A stretch of DNA of 64,000 bases, taken from Macrostomum hystrix. Taxonomy: Eukaryota; Animalia; Platyhelminthes. A model generated the notes under the pieces. That model was not told the DNA's origin. It made no database searches and saw nothing but the letters and a program-made list of their open reading frames with translations. The translations under genes were made by a program, and so were the position numbers. Positions 37,001-49,719 of the stretch are shown here, piece by piece. Location of the stretch: NCBI GenBank assembly GCA_950097015.1, contig CATNEN010000041.1, positions 1,240,001-1,304,000 of the forward strand, in the 5' to 3' direction. The stretch's first letter is position 1. Each line of letters starts with the position of its first letter.

Positions 37001-39200
37001 ATGTCACGTTCTGCTAGAAGGCCTAGTGCTTGGAACGTATTTGAGCGAATTAATTACGATCCTAGTTTAAACGTTGTTGGTATGCATTTAATTCAGATTT
37101 AAATTTATTCAATCCACTCACTCAGATGCCACATTCAACATAAAATAGTTTAAGAAACAGTGTCACTTTAGCTCTCAAATTTTTTAATGCTTATGAGATC
37201 TTTAAGCTCGAATGGTAATCCTAAATTTCAGATCAAGTCAGCGGCCTTCGCGAGCGCTATGCTTTGCTTGACAAGCAGGGGAAGGAAGCCTTGCGTGCCC
37301 AAGCCGCAGAACGCACAGATACCGCCTCTTTTCAGCGGAAGAAGCTGGTTAGCATGGCTAACAGCATCGTAAGCAATAAAGTTCGAATGCATGCATTCAT
37401 GCACGTAGTATACTCCCTTAGGCAATTATGAACTTTGTTGCTAATCTCAATGTATGCCTTCACTACAAGGTCGAGTCAGCCGATAATGCAGGCTACCACG
37501 TTATCGTGCTGCTGCATTCCAAAGCTGAAGGTGCCACTACCGTGTATGAATCGCAGGAAGTCGTAGGCTTCTGTGAGCGAGCGAATGTCGCCTCAGTAAG
37601 TATCTCGTAAAATCGCAGGTACTTGTTTACTGACAGTATTCAAATAGATTTTTAATCTTAGTTATTAGGGTTTTATTATAGTTTTTGTTAAATACTCACA
37701 GTTTATCTAAAATCGAACATTTTTTTGGCTTTTCAATCGTGCGTGTCGTCTGCTTCTGCTTCTCGGCCTAAGACTGCGGCTACCTTGCGCATTGCTGTCA
37801 GCAATATGCTGCAGAACAAGTTTAGTAAGTACGGGCTGACAATCGCATGCCTGGGTCCTATTCGAAGCCACATCATCGTTTTTCCACTCGTATTAATTTC
37901 TGGTACTTTAACACGGACTCTCGTCCGTGTTAAAATGATTGCAAGGCTATGCTATGTTTGAGAATTACGAATATTACATTAGATAATTGCAACAACTGAA
38001 ATTCCGTTATATTAAGTTGCAAGTAAATCACGTACAAAATTATAAACATTGCTAGTTTCAATTATGCTCATAAACACGCTTTTATTTCTACTTTTAGAAA
38101 GAGCAATTGGCAGACGGCAGTTGCAATTTGGAAAAGTTGCACTGTACGGTCGATGGATTCACTGGCCGGTCGGAGTTCGAAGTGATATTCACCCACAAAA
38201 GCTCTCAAAAACAGAGCTTCAAAAAGTCTGGGATGCCAGGGCCCAAATAAAATTTGAAAAAAAGATCAGTGAAGTCACTTTCTACAGCGACTCACCACTT
38301 CAGCCGGGAACGAGCAGCGATCTACCTGTGCTGCCGGGAACGAGCAGCGACTCACCTGTGCTACCGGGAACGAACAGCGACTCACCTGTGCTACCGGGAA
38401 TGAGCAGGGACTCACATGCGTTAGTCCAAGTCGGTGGGACAGCTGTGCAACCGGTCAAAGTCGGCGGGACAGCTGTGCAACCGGTCAAAGTCGGTGGGAC
38501 AGCTGTGCAACCGGTCAAAGTCGGCGGGACAGCTGTGCAACCGGTCAAAGTCGGTGGGACAGCTGTGCAACCGGTCAAAGTCGGCGGGACAGCTGTGCAA
38601 CCGGTCAAAGTCGGCAGGACCGCTGTGCAACCGGTCAAAGTCGGCAGGACCGCTGTGCAACCGGTCAAAGTCGGCGGGACAGCTCCAGCTGTGCAACCGG
38701 TCAAAGTCGGCGGGACAGCTCCAGCTGTGCAACCGGTCAAAGTCGGCAGGACCGCTGTGCAACCGGTCAAAGTCGGCGGGACAGCTGTGCAACCGGTCAA
38801 AGTCGGTGGGACAGCTGTGCAACCGGTCAAAGTCGGTGGGACAGCTGTGCAACCGGTCAAAGTCGGTGGGACAGCTGTGCAACCGGTCAAAGTCGGTGGG
38901 ACAGCTGTGCAACCGGTCAAAGTCGGCGGGACAGCTGTGCAACCGGTCAAAGTCGGCGGGACAGCTGTGCAACCGGTCAAAGTCGGCGGGACAGCTGTGC
39001 AACCGGTCAAAGTCGGCGGGACAGCTGTGCAACCGGTCAAAGTCGGCGGGACAGCTGTGCAACCGGTCAAAGTCGGCGGGACAGCTGTGCAACCGGTCAA
39101 AGTCAGCGGGACAGCTGTGCAACCGATCAAAGTCGGCAGGACCGCTGTGCAACCGGTCCAGAGTAGCAGCCAAGAAACAATAGTAGTGGTGGATTATTAA
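37001..39200 (+). CDS. Transposon accessory gene with an HMG-box-like N-terminus and a repeat tail (~498 aa); exons 37001-37079, 37232-37368, 37470-37595, 37773-37824, 38098-39200
   Basis: GT-AG introns with consistent phases (1,0,0,1). RRPSAWNVF..LRERYALLDKQGKEALRAQAAE resembles HMG helices. The C-terminus is (GGTAVQPVKV)n. Confidence 0.65.
38425..39150 (+). repeat. 30-bp coding tandem repeat (GTCGGCGGGACAGCTGTGCAACCGGTCAAA)n
   Basis: About 24 units; length variants are in-frame 6-bp additions. Confidence 0.95.
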
Positions 39201-39289
39201 ATGAGTAATGAATAAACAGTTTTTTTAAAGCTACGGAAATCGATTTTCTACGATTATGTAACTGTAATCATCCTAAAGACCTAAACCCT

Positions 39290-40130
39290 CAAAAATGTTC
39301 TTGCGCAGTGAGACACTGCGCTCTGGTTGTTAGTTGATGCCTTCAGCGTACCATTCTTCACCTGGGTGTTTGCACCACGAAGCGAAATTACCAGCTTCTG
39401 GACCTAGAGAGCTGCCACCTCCAAATTCTGAGGGGACAGCTCTGGCGATGAGCAGTGTGATAAAGCTGTGGGACGGAACGCAGGTGTCTGCCTGCGCATT
39501 GTCCGAAGCTTTGTCATGGGCTAGCGCTGGTGGCATTATCAAGCCTCTTTTCCTTGATATCGACCTTCAGGTGGAGTAGGAGTTTACGGTGACCCCGCTT
39601 CTCAGGCAGCCACTCAATCAACAGCACTCCCAGCGAATCCAAAAGATGGCGCCCACCTGCTTCTTCATCTATGGTGTCGCCTTGTCCTTCAGTGGAGTGG
39701 GTTCAGCTGCGAAAATATCGACTTATCCCCTGTCACGACATAATAAACTCCTCTTGGCGGCATTGAATAATGTGAATCAGCTGCTGCGCCCTGTTGCGCT
39801 GCATCAGTGAAGTAAGGAGTTTCTGCACACATCTGGCAAAAACCTTCGATATTTTCAACTGAGCCGTAGGATGGGCTGTGCAGCCATAACTGATGCCACA
39901 GGCCTCTGCTATCTCAGCAACAGTCACTCAACTGTCCTCGTGGACGACACTGAGTGGTGGAGATCCTAAGTCTCCGACTGCGAGCTTCACCATCGAAGTC
40001 ACATTTGCCTCCATGGAAATGGTGAATCCAAGGGACACAATTTGTCTGTGTTTGAGGCAAGCCCCATGCGCTGAAAAAAGGCAGTGAAAGAACTTTTTGA
40101 TTGTCCCTCATAAGTCTAACCACGTATCTG
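39290..40130 (-). pseudogene. Degenerate second mariner-like transposase remnant
   Basis: Fragments WIHHFHGGKCDFDGEARSRR, VAEIAEACGISYG, KISKVFARCVQKLLT and WYAEGIN*QPER, with many stops and frameshifts. Confidence 0.75.
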
Positions 40131-42171
40131 TTAAGGATAATGATAACCTACGATTCAACGCTCCGTCCGGCATTTAAAATTTTATAAAGTATATCTATAG
40201 AACTTTTAACAGTAAAATTTTCGAATTTCGTAGCAGTGGTAAACAAACAATCAATTGAAAAGTTCAATGCAGCAAAATGATAAACCCCTCGTATAATCGA
40301 TTCCTTATGGAATCTCTTTTAGCTCAAGTGTTTGTTTCTGTTGGGATCACCGTACTTTCAGCCGGTAATTAAATTTCTGTGAATTATTTCACAGGAATCA
40401 CAGCCCTTTACTGTTTTACAACCTAGTTGACCTACAGCTGTTTCTTTACTGCATGCAATTCACGCTATTTAGTGTTGCCATTTCAGCTTCCATTGCTTCT
40501 TTTGTCCACCTTCTCAAAGTTTTATACAGATACCTTTTAAAACATACTTTTCTAACATAAATTTGCATTTTATACAGCCATTTATGTTATTTTTCAAAGA
40601 CTTTTGATATAATGAAGTCCCCTCAAATAATAGTAACGTTGATGCTAGTAATTAGTAAAATATATTTAATTACAAAAGTAATATAAAAAATACTTTATCC
40701 TTTGCTACTGTTATTTTTCATTGGAGCGATTTTGATATCGATCAGCGATTGGACGGTTCACTTGTTCGGACTTGTAATTATTTTTTTTAGTTTTCGAAAC
40801 ACGTGTTTGGGCTCTCGTTTTTGGAAACTTTAGGACCTCTGCAGGGCCAGCCAGTTGGCAAGCATTTAGGGGCTGCCGTGTTGGTGGCTCTACTGGTTGA
40901 TCTCAAAGTCATAGCTGAATAAGTGACCGCTATCGGGTTGTCTATGACCTGGCACACCAATCAGCACCAGGGGCGTAGCCAGGATTTTCGGTTAGGTAGC
41001 GCAAACGGCGCCAATTGTGTTTATAGGCGCTCAAGTGACGCCAAATCAGCGCCTATACGGCACCAAGTGGGTGCTGAAAAGGCACGAAAATCGGCGCTGA
41101 AAGTGCGCCAGCTGGAAGGAGAGCACCAAGCCTGCGTGAAGGGGGCGCTGCATACCTTTGCGGCAGTAGCTAATGTAAGAATCTGGCCCTCCACGCGTTA
41201 CTATGACTACTTAAATTCACTACAGTTTTTCATCATCGATCATACGAACACGAAATGGAGAAATACGCATGTACATCTATGTATACAGCTTCAATATATT
41301 TGAGATGGACAAGAAATCCTTCTCTGCGTTTTGCTAGCGGTGCAGCGGATTCCAGCGAATGGTCTGGACGTTGCGAACTCATCCAGAAACCTGTTCAGCC
41401 CACCTGATTTAGGGACGACCCCGCGGTGGGCCAGCCACCACACGCCTGCAGCAGTTACATTAGGTTAGCACCTCTGTTGCTTAGTAGCTCCTGCCATAAC
41501 GTCCCCAGCTAGTGTGCAGGAGCATCGATCCGGATCCCTCGCCCCTGCTGTCTTCGCGGCAGCTCTCGCCTGGCGCCCTCGCAGCTTCCGCTACACACCC
41601 ACCGACAACTCTGGCCATTATCCTTTATAAAGCGGGTATAATTTTCTTTTAATTTCTCAATTTAACTCAACTCTATTTCTACCTAAGAGACAAATCAATC
41701 GGACTCGGCAGTCGTAGTTTTCTTCCATATGGGTTCTCTTGAATGATTCGCTATAGAACGGGCCGGTAAAGACGGCTCGATCACAGTTCCGCTATCCTTA
41801 CTTGTAAACTACAACACAGACTGTGCCTCTGCTCCAAAAATGGATGGCTTTTTGCGCGCTTACTTGCTTAGTATTCAGTTGGCCTCAGCTAATTGGGCTA
41901 ATAAACAAAAATAATTTATAGAAACGTAAAAACTGACACGCGTCAAACATATATGATTTAGTCGTACTAAAAAAGTCACACAACGTGCAAGTAGTGAATG
42001 AGCTAAAGAATCGACTTTGTCAATGCGCCTCTATGCTTCCACTATGCGCCGTGTGTTAGTTTTGATAGTTGTTTTATCTGACTTGTATATTTGTCTGTCT
42101 GGTATGTCTGAAAGTTAAGGCAGCATTTTACTTTCAATTGCCTCGTGCATTTTAGTTTTTTGTCAATAAAA

Positions 42172-42271
42172 TCAATCTCATCTCATTTGTCAATCTCATC
42201 TCATTTGTCAATCTCATCTCATTTGTCAATCTCATCTCATTTGTCAATCTCATCTCATTTGTCAATCTCAT
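42172..42271. repeat. 18-bp tandem repeat (CAATCTCATCTCATTTGT)n
   Basis: About 5 copies. Confidence 0.9.
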
Positions 42272-42829
42272 CGTTGTCTCTATAAGCTGGAAACCGGAAG
42301 CCATCCATCCATCTTTCGCTCCGGAATTCACGCTTATATGCTTTACTACACCAAATTTACACTGTTTTTAATCATTGGGCGTCCTGAACCTTAACGTTGA
42401 CATGCAAGTAAAATATCATAGTTGAATGTGGTTATAAAAATATTTAACAAATTACGTCATGTTTGAAATTTGAAGTACGTTTAAAGGCTTTTGGTACTTA
42501 CTTTTTATTCATTTTCTTTGAGCGCCAATGTTTTTGCTTTTTACAAGGTTCCCAACCGTAGGTCATGATTTATGAATGGTGACCCATGAGGTATGAGTAT
42601 GAGGTAAAATTTTATGAGCTGAAAATTATAATAAATTTCCCTTACTTCTAAAATTATTGGTGACCCATATTATTTCGTTTATACGAGTACGAGTATATTC
42701 AAGCGTTCGCTACTGACAGGTTCTGGCGCAGACTACTGTTTTGAGTAATCCACCACCTACATACCAGACAAAAAATTAGTTTGTGTAAGAGGTGGATTCA
42801 TAAATTATTCATTTGAGCCTTAGGAGCTA

Positions 42830-43387
42830 TCAAATCTAAATCAAAGATGGGTCCGGATGAGGTGCCCATCGAGGCGCTGCGCATCCACTGTGTGGCCAGT
42901 GAGGTCGCTGGTGTGATGAACCTCGTGCTCTTCGGTGAGGCGAATGGACCACGGCGCACATCGTCGCTATTCCCAAGAAGCCGGGCACCGCAAGGCTAGT
43001 GGAGCATCGAGGAATCTGCCTTCAGTCCTGAGCTGCGAAGCTGTTCAACCGGATGCTGCTATCGCGGTTTCAGCCCGTGCTGGATCCGGATCTGCGACCT
43101 GAGCAGAACGGCTTCCGGCCCCATCGCGGCACGGATTCTAGCTCTTCGGTGAGTCATCGAAAAGGTGCGGACTCGCCAGTTGAACCTGATTGTGGTCTTC
43201 ATTGATTTCAAGAAGGCTTTCGACTCGGTTGTCAAGGCCGCGCTCCCACTGGTGCTTCGAGCGTACAATGTACCAGAGCAGCTGGTGTCCGCCATCATGG
43301 CGTTGTACTGTCACACAACTGCTGCTGTGTCAACGCAGGACGGGCTGTCGGATTCCTTCGAGACATCCTCCGGGGTGCTCCAGGGGC
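42830..43387 (+). mobile_element. Non-LTR retrotransposon (RTE-like) reverse transcriptase fragment
   Basis: GPDEVP, IVAIPKK, KLFNRMLL, EQNGFRP, VFIDFKKAFDSV and GVLQG, with stops and frameshifts; truncated on both sides. Confidence 0.88.
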
Positions 43388-43549
43388 TACATGTATAACA
43401 GAATGGGGACAGAATGGGAAGGATGAAGGTGGCAGCGGTGTGACGGTGACAGAAAATGGTCATAACTTTTTTCTTCAAAAGATATTGAGCTCGGACCGCC
43501 TAGAATGAATTTCCCGTCCGAAAATTGTCTAGAAAACATTACGTTCCCG

Positions 43550-43863
43550 TAATGTCAGACGGCCAAGAGTTTCGCTTTCTGCCGCCATACTCAACCTTCA
43601 TCAACCCAGCTGAGCGAACAGGATCAGCACTGAAGGCAGCATTGAAGCAGAAAATTCAAGCGACTGCCATCCAGCGTGAAGTCGCTGACAGAAACTTGGC
43701 ACAGGCAGCGAATGCCACAATGGAACAGCATCGCATGTCAGTGCTCAAGCGAGAGGTGGAGGCATCATTGAACGTCATCACCCAACAGAAGTGCATCCAG
43801 TGGGTGAATCATACTCAAACGTACGTTCAGAGGTGCTTGCAGCTCGTCGACATCTTTGATTGA
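43550..43863 (+). mobile_element. 3' fragment of a Tc1/IS630-type DDE transposase
   Basis: FLPPYSTFINPAE..SALK and ITQQKCIQWVNHTQTYVQRCL match the Tc1/IS630 C-terminal pattern. Confidence 0.7.
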
Positions 43864-44067
43864 ATGACAACCAACTGACGCTTCTCGGTAGTTCAGTTAG
43901 CATGGACTATTGCACACTCCTTGTGTTCATTTTCATTTTTTACAGTTCATTCTCCGTTTCTGGTTTTTCATCCGCAGTTGACATGAAAAACAGAAACTCT
44001 CTTTGTTCTGGGCAAATTTGGTTGCAGTTTTGGCAAACTTAGATTGCAAAAAGGCTAAACTATCGGT

Positions 44068-44118
44068 TGCACATCTGGCCCAATTGGGGCAGGTGAAATT
44101 TATTATTATTATTATTGT
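44068..44118 (+). mobile_element. 3' tail fragment of the SINE family
   Basis: GCACATCTGGCCCAATTGGGGCAGGTG followed by (ATT)n; same tail as at ~56920. Confidence 0.65.
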
Positions 44119-44870
44119 TATCAAGCTGCTGATTTTGCTTGTTTCTGTGAGGAAAACCACAAAAATCGAGTTTCTGGTGATCATCCATATATCTTATTAA
44201 TCTATGCTCAAATCACTAACTGTTCCTTAATGATTGGCTTGAGCACGAATCGAGTGTTATTGACTACTGCTAGTTCACGAATGCATGTACATGTACTTAA
44301 CTTTGCGTGTTTTATAAGAATTGAAAGTTCGCAAGCATGCGCATGGAATTTAAAACGTCAAGGATCGACATGTTCAGACCATTGACAATGCATAAAAATC
44401 AAATATAAAAATGTTGGTTGATAATTTTATTTATCATTTAAACAGAGACGCAGGATGGCAGATAAACATGCAAACATGTATAATTGGAAGTTTACTGAAG
44501 GCTGGATAAGCTTTAGTGAATTTATGCAGAATACTGTAGTACTCGTATTTACAAGTTCAAATGCCAGGAAAGCAAAAGTATAACACATTATTTGAAGCAC
44601 GACGCCAACTAATATGGTAGTAATAAGTACAAATATGGGATCAACTTGCAAAACTCGTCCTTACAAATTTTAATAGGCTAGTAAATAGGCTAGTTAAAGT
44701 TCTAAGTAAATCTAAAATGTTCATCTGAAAAACCGACTAACAACAAAAGCTACAGCTTTCTGTAAGTCCAACACTTTAATATCTTCTCCATTGGCCTATG
44801 CTAAAACTGAAAACATCTGCCGTTTAACAGATAGTGGAATGTCGTAAAAATCGAGCTGGCCATAGTCATA

Positions 44871-47800
44871 TTAGTACTGGCCGTCATCAACTTCGTCCTG
44901 GCCGTCATCAACTTCGCCCTGGCCGTCATCAACTTCGTCCTGGCCGTCATCAACTTCGTCCTGGCCCTCTTCATCTTCGTCCTGGCCGTCGTCATCTTCG
45001 TCCTGGCCGTCGTCATCTTCGTCCTGGCCGTCGTCATCTTCGTCCTGGCCGTCGTCATCTTCGTCCTGGCCGTCGTCATCTTCGCCGAGGCGAACCTCGT
45101 CCCTCTCCTGATTTGAACGCTGAACGGCTTTAAGAAAAAAAATTAAGAACGTAAATTTTGCAGTGCATTTTTACAGTTTGCAATAGATCAATAACGTTGT
45201 ACATACTGTTTAGTAACTAAACTGGGGAACCCCAGTTCTTGAATCAAAGCATTCAACCCTAACCCGCGAGTAAGCATATAGGGAAATTTATTCTGTCAAA
45301 GAACGCACTGGAAACCTAATCGCACAACAAGTGAAACAACGGCAATCTTACCAACGTAAATGCTGGTATGTGATAATACCGACGAAGAAAACACGGTGCT
45401 TTCTGACGGAAACGTCTGGATGTGGCGGTCAATCAGCCGTTGAATACCAAAGGCACGGAGAGCACGCAACGTGGCCTCTGGTCGGCCTGCTAACTGCGCA
45501 ACTTCTATTTGAGTTCGAAGCAGAGCAACGGCAAAAAAGTGGGATGCACGTCTGACTTCCTCACGAACCAGGCTAGCCTCTTCGTTGATTCGTTGATAAA
45601 GCTTTAATAGCTTGACCGCTTGTCGCTTGAGTGCGTGATCAGGCACTGCAGAAGTAGCGTCAGTGCAGGCGTTCCAAATGTTGGTCAATCTGATCATTCC
45701 AGTAGGATGACAATTCGCATTGTGCTCTTTGACTAGCTTCTCGCCCTTCGCAGTAAGTTTGTTAAGAGACCTGTTTAGCACTTTGTTGAGCTTTTGGCCA
45801 GCTGCAGTAGCTGCTTGTCGAATTAGAAACGCACGTTCACATGCTAGCTGCTGCAGCTTACCGAGAACAGCTTCTTTAGGCGTTCTCCTCGTTAGTCCAC
45901 GAGCGTCATTATCAGCGTAATGCAGCAGCTCCTGCTCCCAAACGCGACAGTTGCCGACGAACGATTCGATATCACCTGGTGAAAGTAAAGTAAATAAAGT
46001 AGATGCCTACACTAGCCATTATTATCCAGCGTGTGGACACATTTAGGGCTTACATTTTTCTTTGGATACGGGACAAAAACAAAAACGAATGCATTTAAAC
46101 ATTTACGACGCAAAAAAATATTAAATATTACATATTAAATGTAAAAAATAATATATTAAATATTAAATAATGCCTTTTTAATTAAAGTAGCTTATCCATA
46201 ATCATTGCTCACTATTCCCTCCAAAGTTACAATAGCTGACGTAGCAACTCAGTTTTCTTAATGTAGAACAGCCCTACTAGGCCATTGCAAACATGCAACA
46301 TACCGTCTAGTCCATTCTTTTGGCAGAATGATTGAACTTCCGATTGAAAACGCTTCAGGTTTTGCTCCTCTACCTTGGTTCGTTGAAAAAGCCAGACACC
46401 TATAAACAAATTTAGGAAGAAGTTAAAAAGTTATGACGAAAGAAATGATGAAAATGAACATACGCGAACAAATTCATGCATTAAATGAAGGCAGGCAGCT
46501 GAAAGAGGCCAACTGGTAAGGAAAGCCTTAGTAATTAAAAACTTTGTCCCTATAAAGAGATTACGATATTGTTTAGGAAAATGCTGCAAAGTATATGCGT
46601 ATACTTCATAGAATTTCGGACAACTCACTAATAGTATTAATGACGTTGAGATTGACGGAGCTCGCCCAATAGTTAAGGAATTCACGCCTGTTGACATGAG
46701 TCATTTCCTTTAACTGTGGCCCAAAGCGCCGTGACATAGACCAAAGCCGTTCGCAGCTTTCGCCATCAGTCAAGCCCACTCCGGATTGGTGTCGAATGCC
46801 AAACTTAGTTTGACAGGCCTCTTTGTGACCATATGAGTGAAAAGCTGGAATGGCGAAGCTGACTCTGGCATCACTGAAGTGACCAGCAAGCTTGCAACCG
46901 ATGTCATAAGAGACAACGAGCTTCTGGTCTTCTGGATGATCGTCCAGAAGCTTAGAAACCATGGCTTTAGAGTAGGCAAGCCTGAGAAACAATGAAAAAC
47001 CGATGCGCACTTTGTATTAGTAGTATATATAGAATTTGCATGAAATTATTTAAAAAGAACTTTTTCTAGTAAGAAAAAGATTTTCCAGAATGAAAGGAGA
47101 AAGAAAAGTAGATGGACATGTCTTTATAGAAGTATGTGTTGCAATCCTACCTTTCTCCTTTTGTCACGAGGTCGGAAAGATAAGAAACAGCAGAGTGCCG
47201 GCAGGATCCACAGAATAAGCCGAAAATGTCAAGCTTACTTTCGTCAGATGCAGTCGTAAGGTCTTTTCCACGACCTCCAGCAGTCCAATTGGGACAATAG
47301 GACTTGCTAGGGACTTCTGACGTTTGAAAGTCCACATCGACAAAATAGCCAGTGGATGGTGGAAGCACAGCTTTTCCAGCAAGCCTTCGGTGTCTGAAAC
47401 CGAAGCAGGCATCCAGCATCAAAAAGACAGGAATGGTTGGATTTCTACTGACAGAGAAGCAGCGCAGGGCATCTTCGACTTCAGTAGATGTAGCGGCACA
47501 ATTAGCGTCGTCGCCTAACTCGCTGCTGTTCATTTGTGTCTCCTGTATAGAAAGGGCAGGGCACAACCCTTAACAGTATGTTTCGTAACTGGTATAAAAA
47601 TATAATTATGAAATATATATATAAATATATTAATTATTATATTTTTCATTATAAAAATATAAGTATGTAGAAGATATAATTGACGAGTAAGATAAAATAA
47701 TAAAACCTTTACGATGAAGCACGAGGGGCATGTTGCTTTAGGGCCCCAGCGAATATACATCAAAAGCCGTCGAAACGCTCGAAAGCTGCTGGATGTGTTT

Positions 47801-49463
47801 AACGCACGGAAAATGTTGACCTAAAATAGACGGTTGTTAGATCACATTTTCTGACTAAGAACACTCTTTCAGGCGTCCATCATCAGGAAAATTGGACTGC
47901 TCTTTTCGGCATCAGAGTCCGAATCAACCTACAGAAGTTACATGACATTTTAATAAAAGCCAATCAGTGTATTGCAATGAGAGAGCATGGTTATACTCGT
48001 ACATATATGAAAGGAAGATCTTTTACCACATAGCATGCTGGACATGATGGCTTTCTTCCCCAACGAAAGCTCTGCAGCACACGGCGGAAAGACCGGAACG
48101 CCCCAGTTACGTTGAGCGCTCTAAATAGATCGATCTAAAAATTTAATGTATGAGAATGGCTGATTGTTAAGACACACCTATTACAAAATAATAGCAAGTT
48201 GGGCCAGTCTGATGAAAACTTGCTGATGTGGATGACTGCGCCCACATAGACTTCTTGGAGCGCCTAATAGCACTGCAAATCGAAAACAACGATGCTGTGC
48301 AGTTGCAATTCAGCGAATCAATTAGAAGAAGCAGTTCAATAGACACGGCAGTCAGTTCCCGAGAGCCCTCTGGTCGAGGCTGCAAGGGCCAAAATCCATG
48401 TGCCAGAAGAGCTGCGTGGTACGTAGTACATGTACACATCTCAAGATTTGCTTTTAGTTCGCTTCCTGAAATGAGGTAGTGAGTACTGATACTGATTGAG
48501 TAAAGTCTTGCTAGAATATCAGTGTCCCCTAAATATGACGTTTGTTTTTGTAGCAATCGGCGTCATATTGCAGCTCAGAACATTCACGTGACTTGTTATT
48601 TTAAGAAGCTAAGTAACAAAGTAAGCTACTGCAAACAGAAAAAATGCTGAATTCAGCCGAGAATCACCATCTTCAGTCACAATAGTGACCGGAAGTACGC
48701 TGTAGAGAAGACAGCTGCACAGCCGAGAAAGCCGCACTTGTGATGAAACGGCCTCAAAGAAGTCACCCTGACGAGCGGGTAAAAAAGAGCACTGTCGCTA
48801 GAAATCATATATAAGAAAATACCCAATTCATGTAAAAATGCATTCAATACAATATATAATATATATATCATAATACAATATAAACAACATAATTATAAAC
48901 CAGATCTGCATAGTATCGAACTTACATTCCAGCGTTGAACAGCATGGGGCGGCATATGGGCATGGCGGGCATCTAAGCAAGTGGAGCAGACCGATAGTAA
49001 GTGACACTTGAGGCACCGGAATATTTCAGTCTCGCAACCGCAAAAGACACATGGGCGCTTGTTGTAGTGACCCGCTAAACCGACTGTCAAGACCCCTGAC
49101 TGAAATAACTCATTCCAAGCGTCGTTTTCTTCGCTGCAAAAGGTCTTAAAACGGCTTGGCTTTGCGGACTTCGATTGAGCACGATCGTCATGAGTCTCGA
49201 CTTCTTCAGCAACGATAGGGTCGTCTTGGATGTCCAACCATTCTTCTTCTTCTGGGTCGTTGTTGTATACAGGCTGGGTGTCACTGCATAGAAAGAAAGA
49301 GTAGTCAAGAAAAGTTGTGAATCATTTGAATTTTGAACCATTATACTCACGGGATGCAACACTTCGATGTCAACGGAGTTCGAACGATACGTGCTCGCTT
49401 ACGACACGCAGGAGTACAATACTTTACTGACGTCTTGGCAATAGACTGCTTTCGTCTTCCCAT
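44871..49463 (-). CDS. CxC-KDZ transposase (~890 aa); exons 49463-49351, 49283-48926, 48767-48668, 48465-48185, 47820-47713, 47542-47151, 46981-46629, 46399-46304, 45975-45352, 45127-44871
   Basis: CxC cluster CVFC..FRCLKC..CSTC..H..PPH..RWNGDFF; CTC..LLAHGFWP..TAVSIELL; CPSC. Catalytic-core motifs MLDACF, GLFCGSCRH, KGER, YDIGC, PAFHSYGH..CQ and GLTDGESCERLWS. The frame stays open across all junctions. The exon 4 donor is the least certain. Confidence 0.88.
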
Positions 49464-49719
49464 GTAGCTGAAATCAGATAAGCAAATAGTGTCGGATAAT
49501 CGGATAAATATTTGATGATTACTAATTTTCAAAGACAATAAAAGAATCAAAACAAAACGTATCCATAAAGCAGGTCGAAGCGAAGATTGCTTTAACAAAA
49601 TAAAAGATAAGCGTCCAAGACTCACCCGGGTGTAGTCTGTTGCCTCGAGAAACGGGTATGTAAAGAAGAGAATCAGAAGGCAGGAAGGCACCAAAGTGAA
49701 AGAAAAGGCAGTAGAATTT

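Noticed and set aside
39200-44870. TET/JBP dioxygenase cargo expected from fungal KDZ elements
   Set aside because: No ORF with HxD...H...R 2OG-Fe(II) motifs was found; the interval holds only TE debris. A six-frame HMM search would be decisive.
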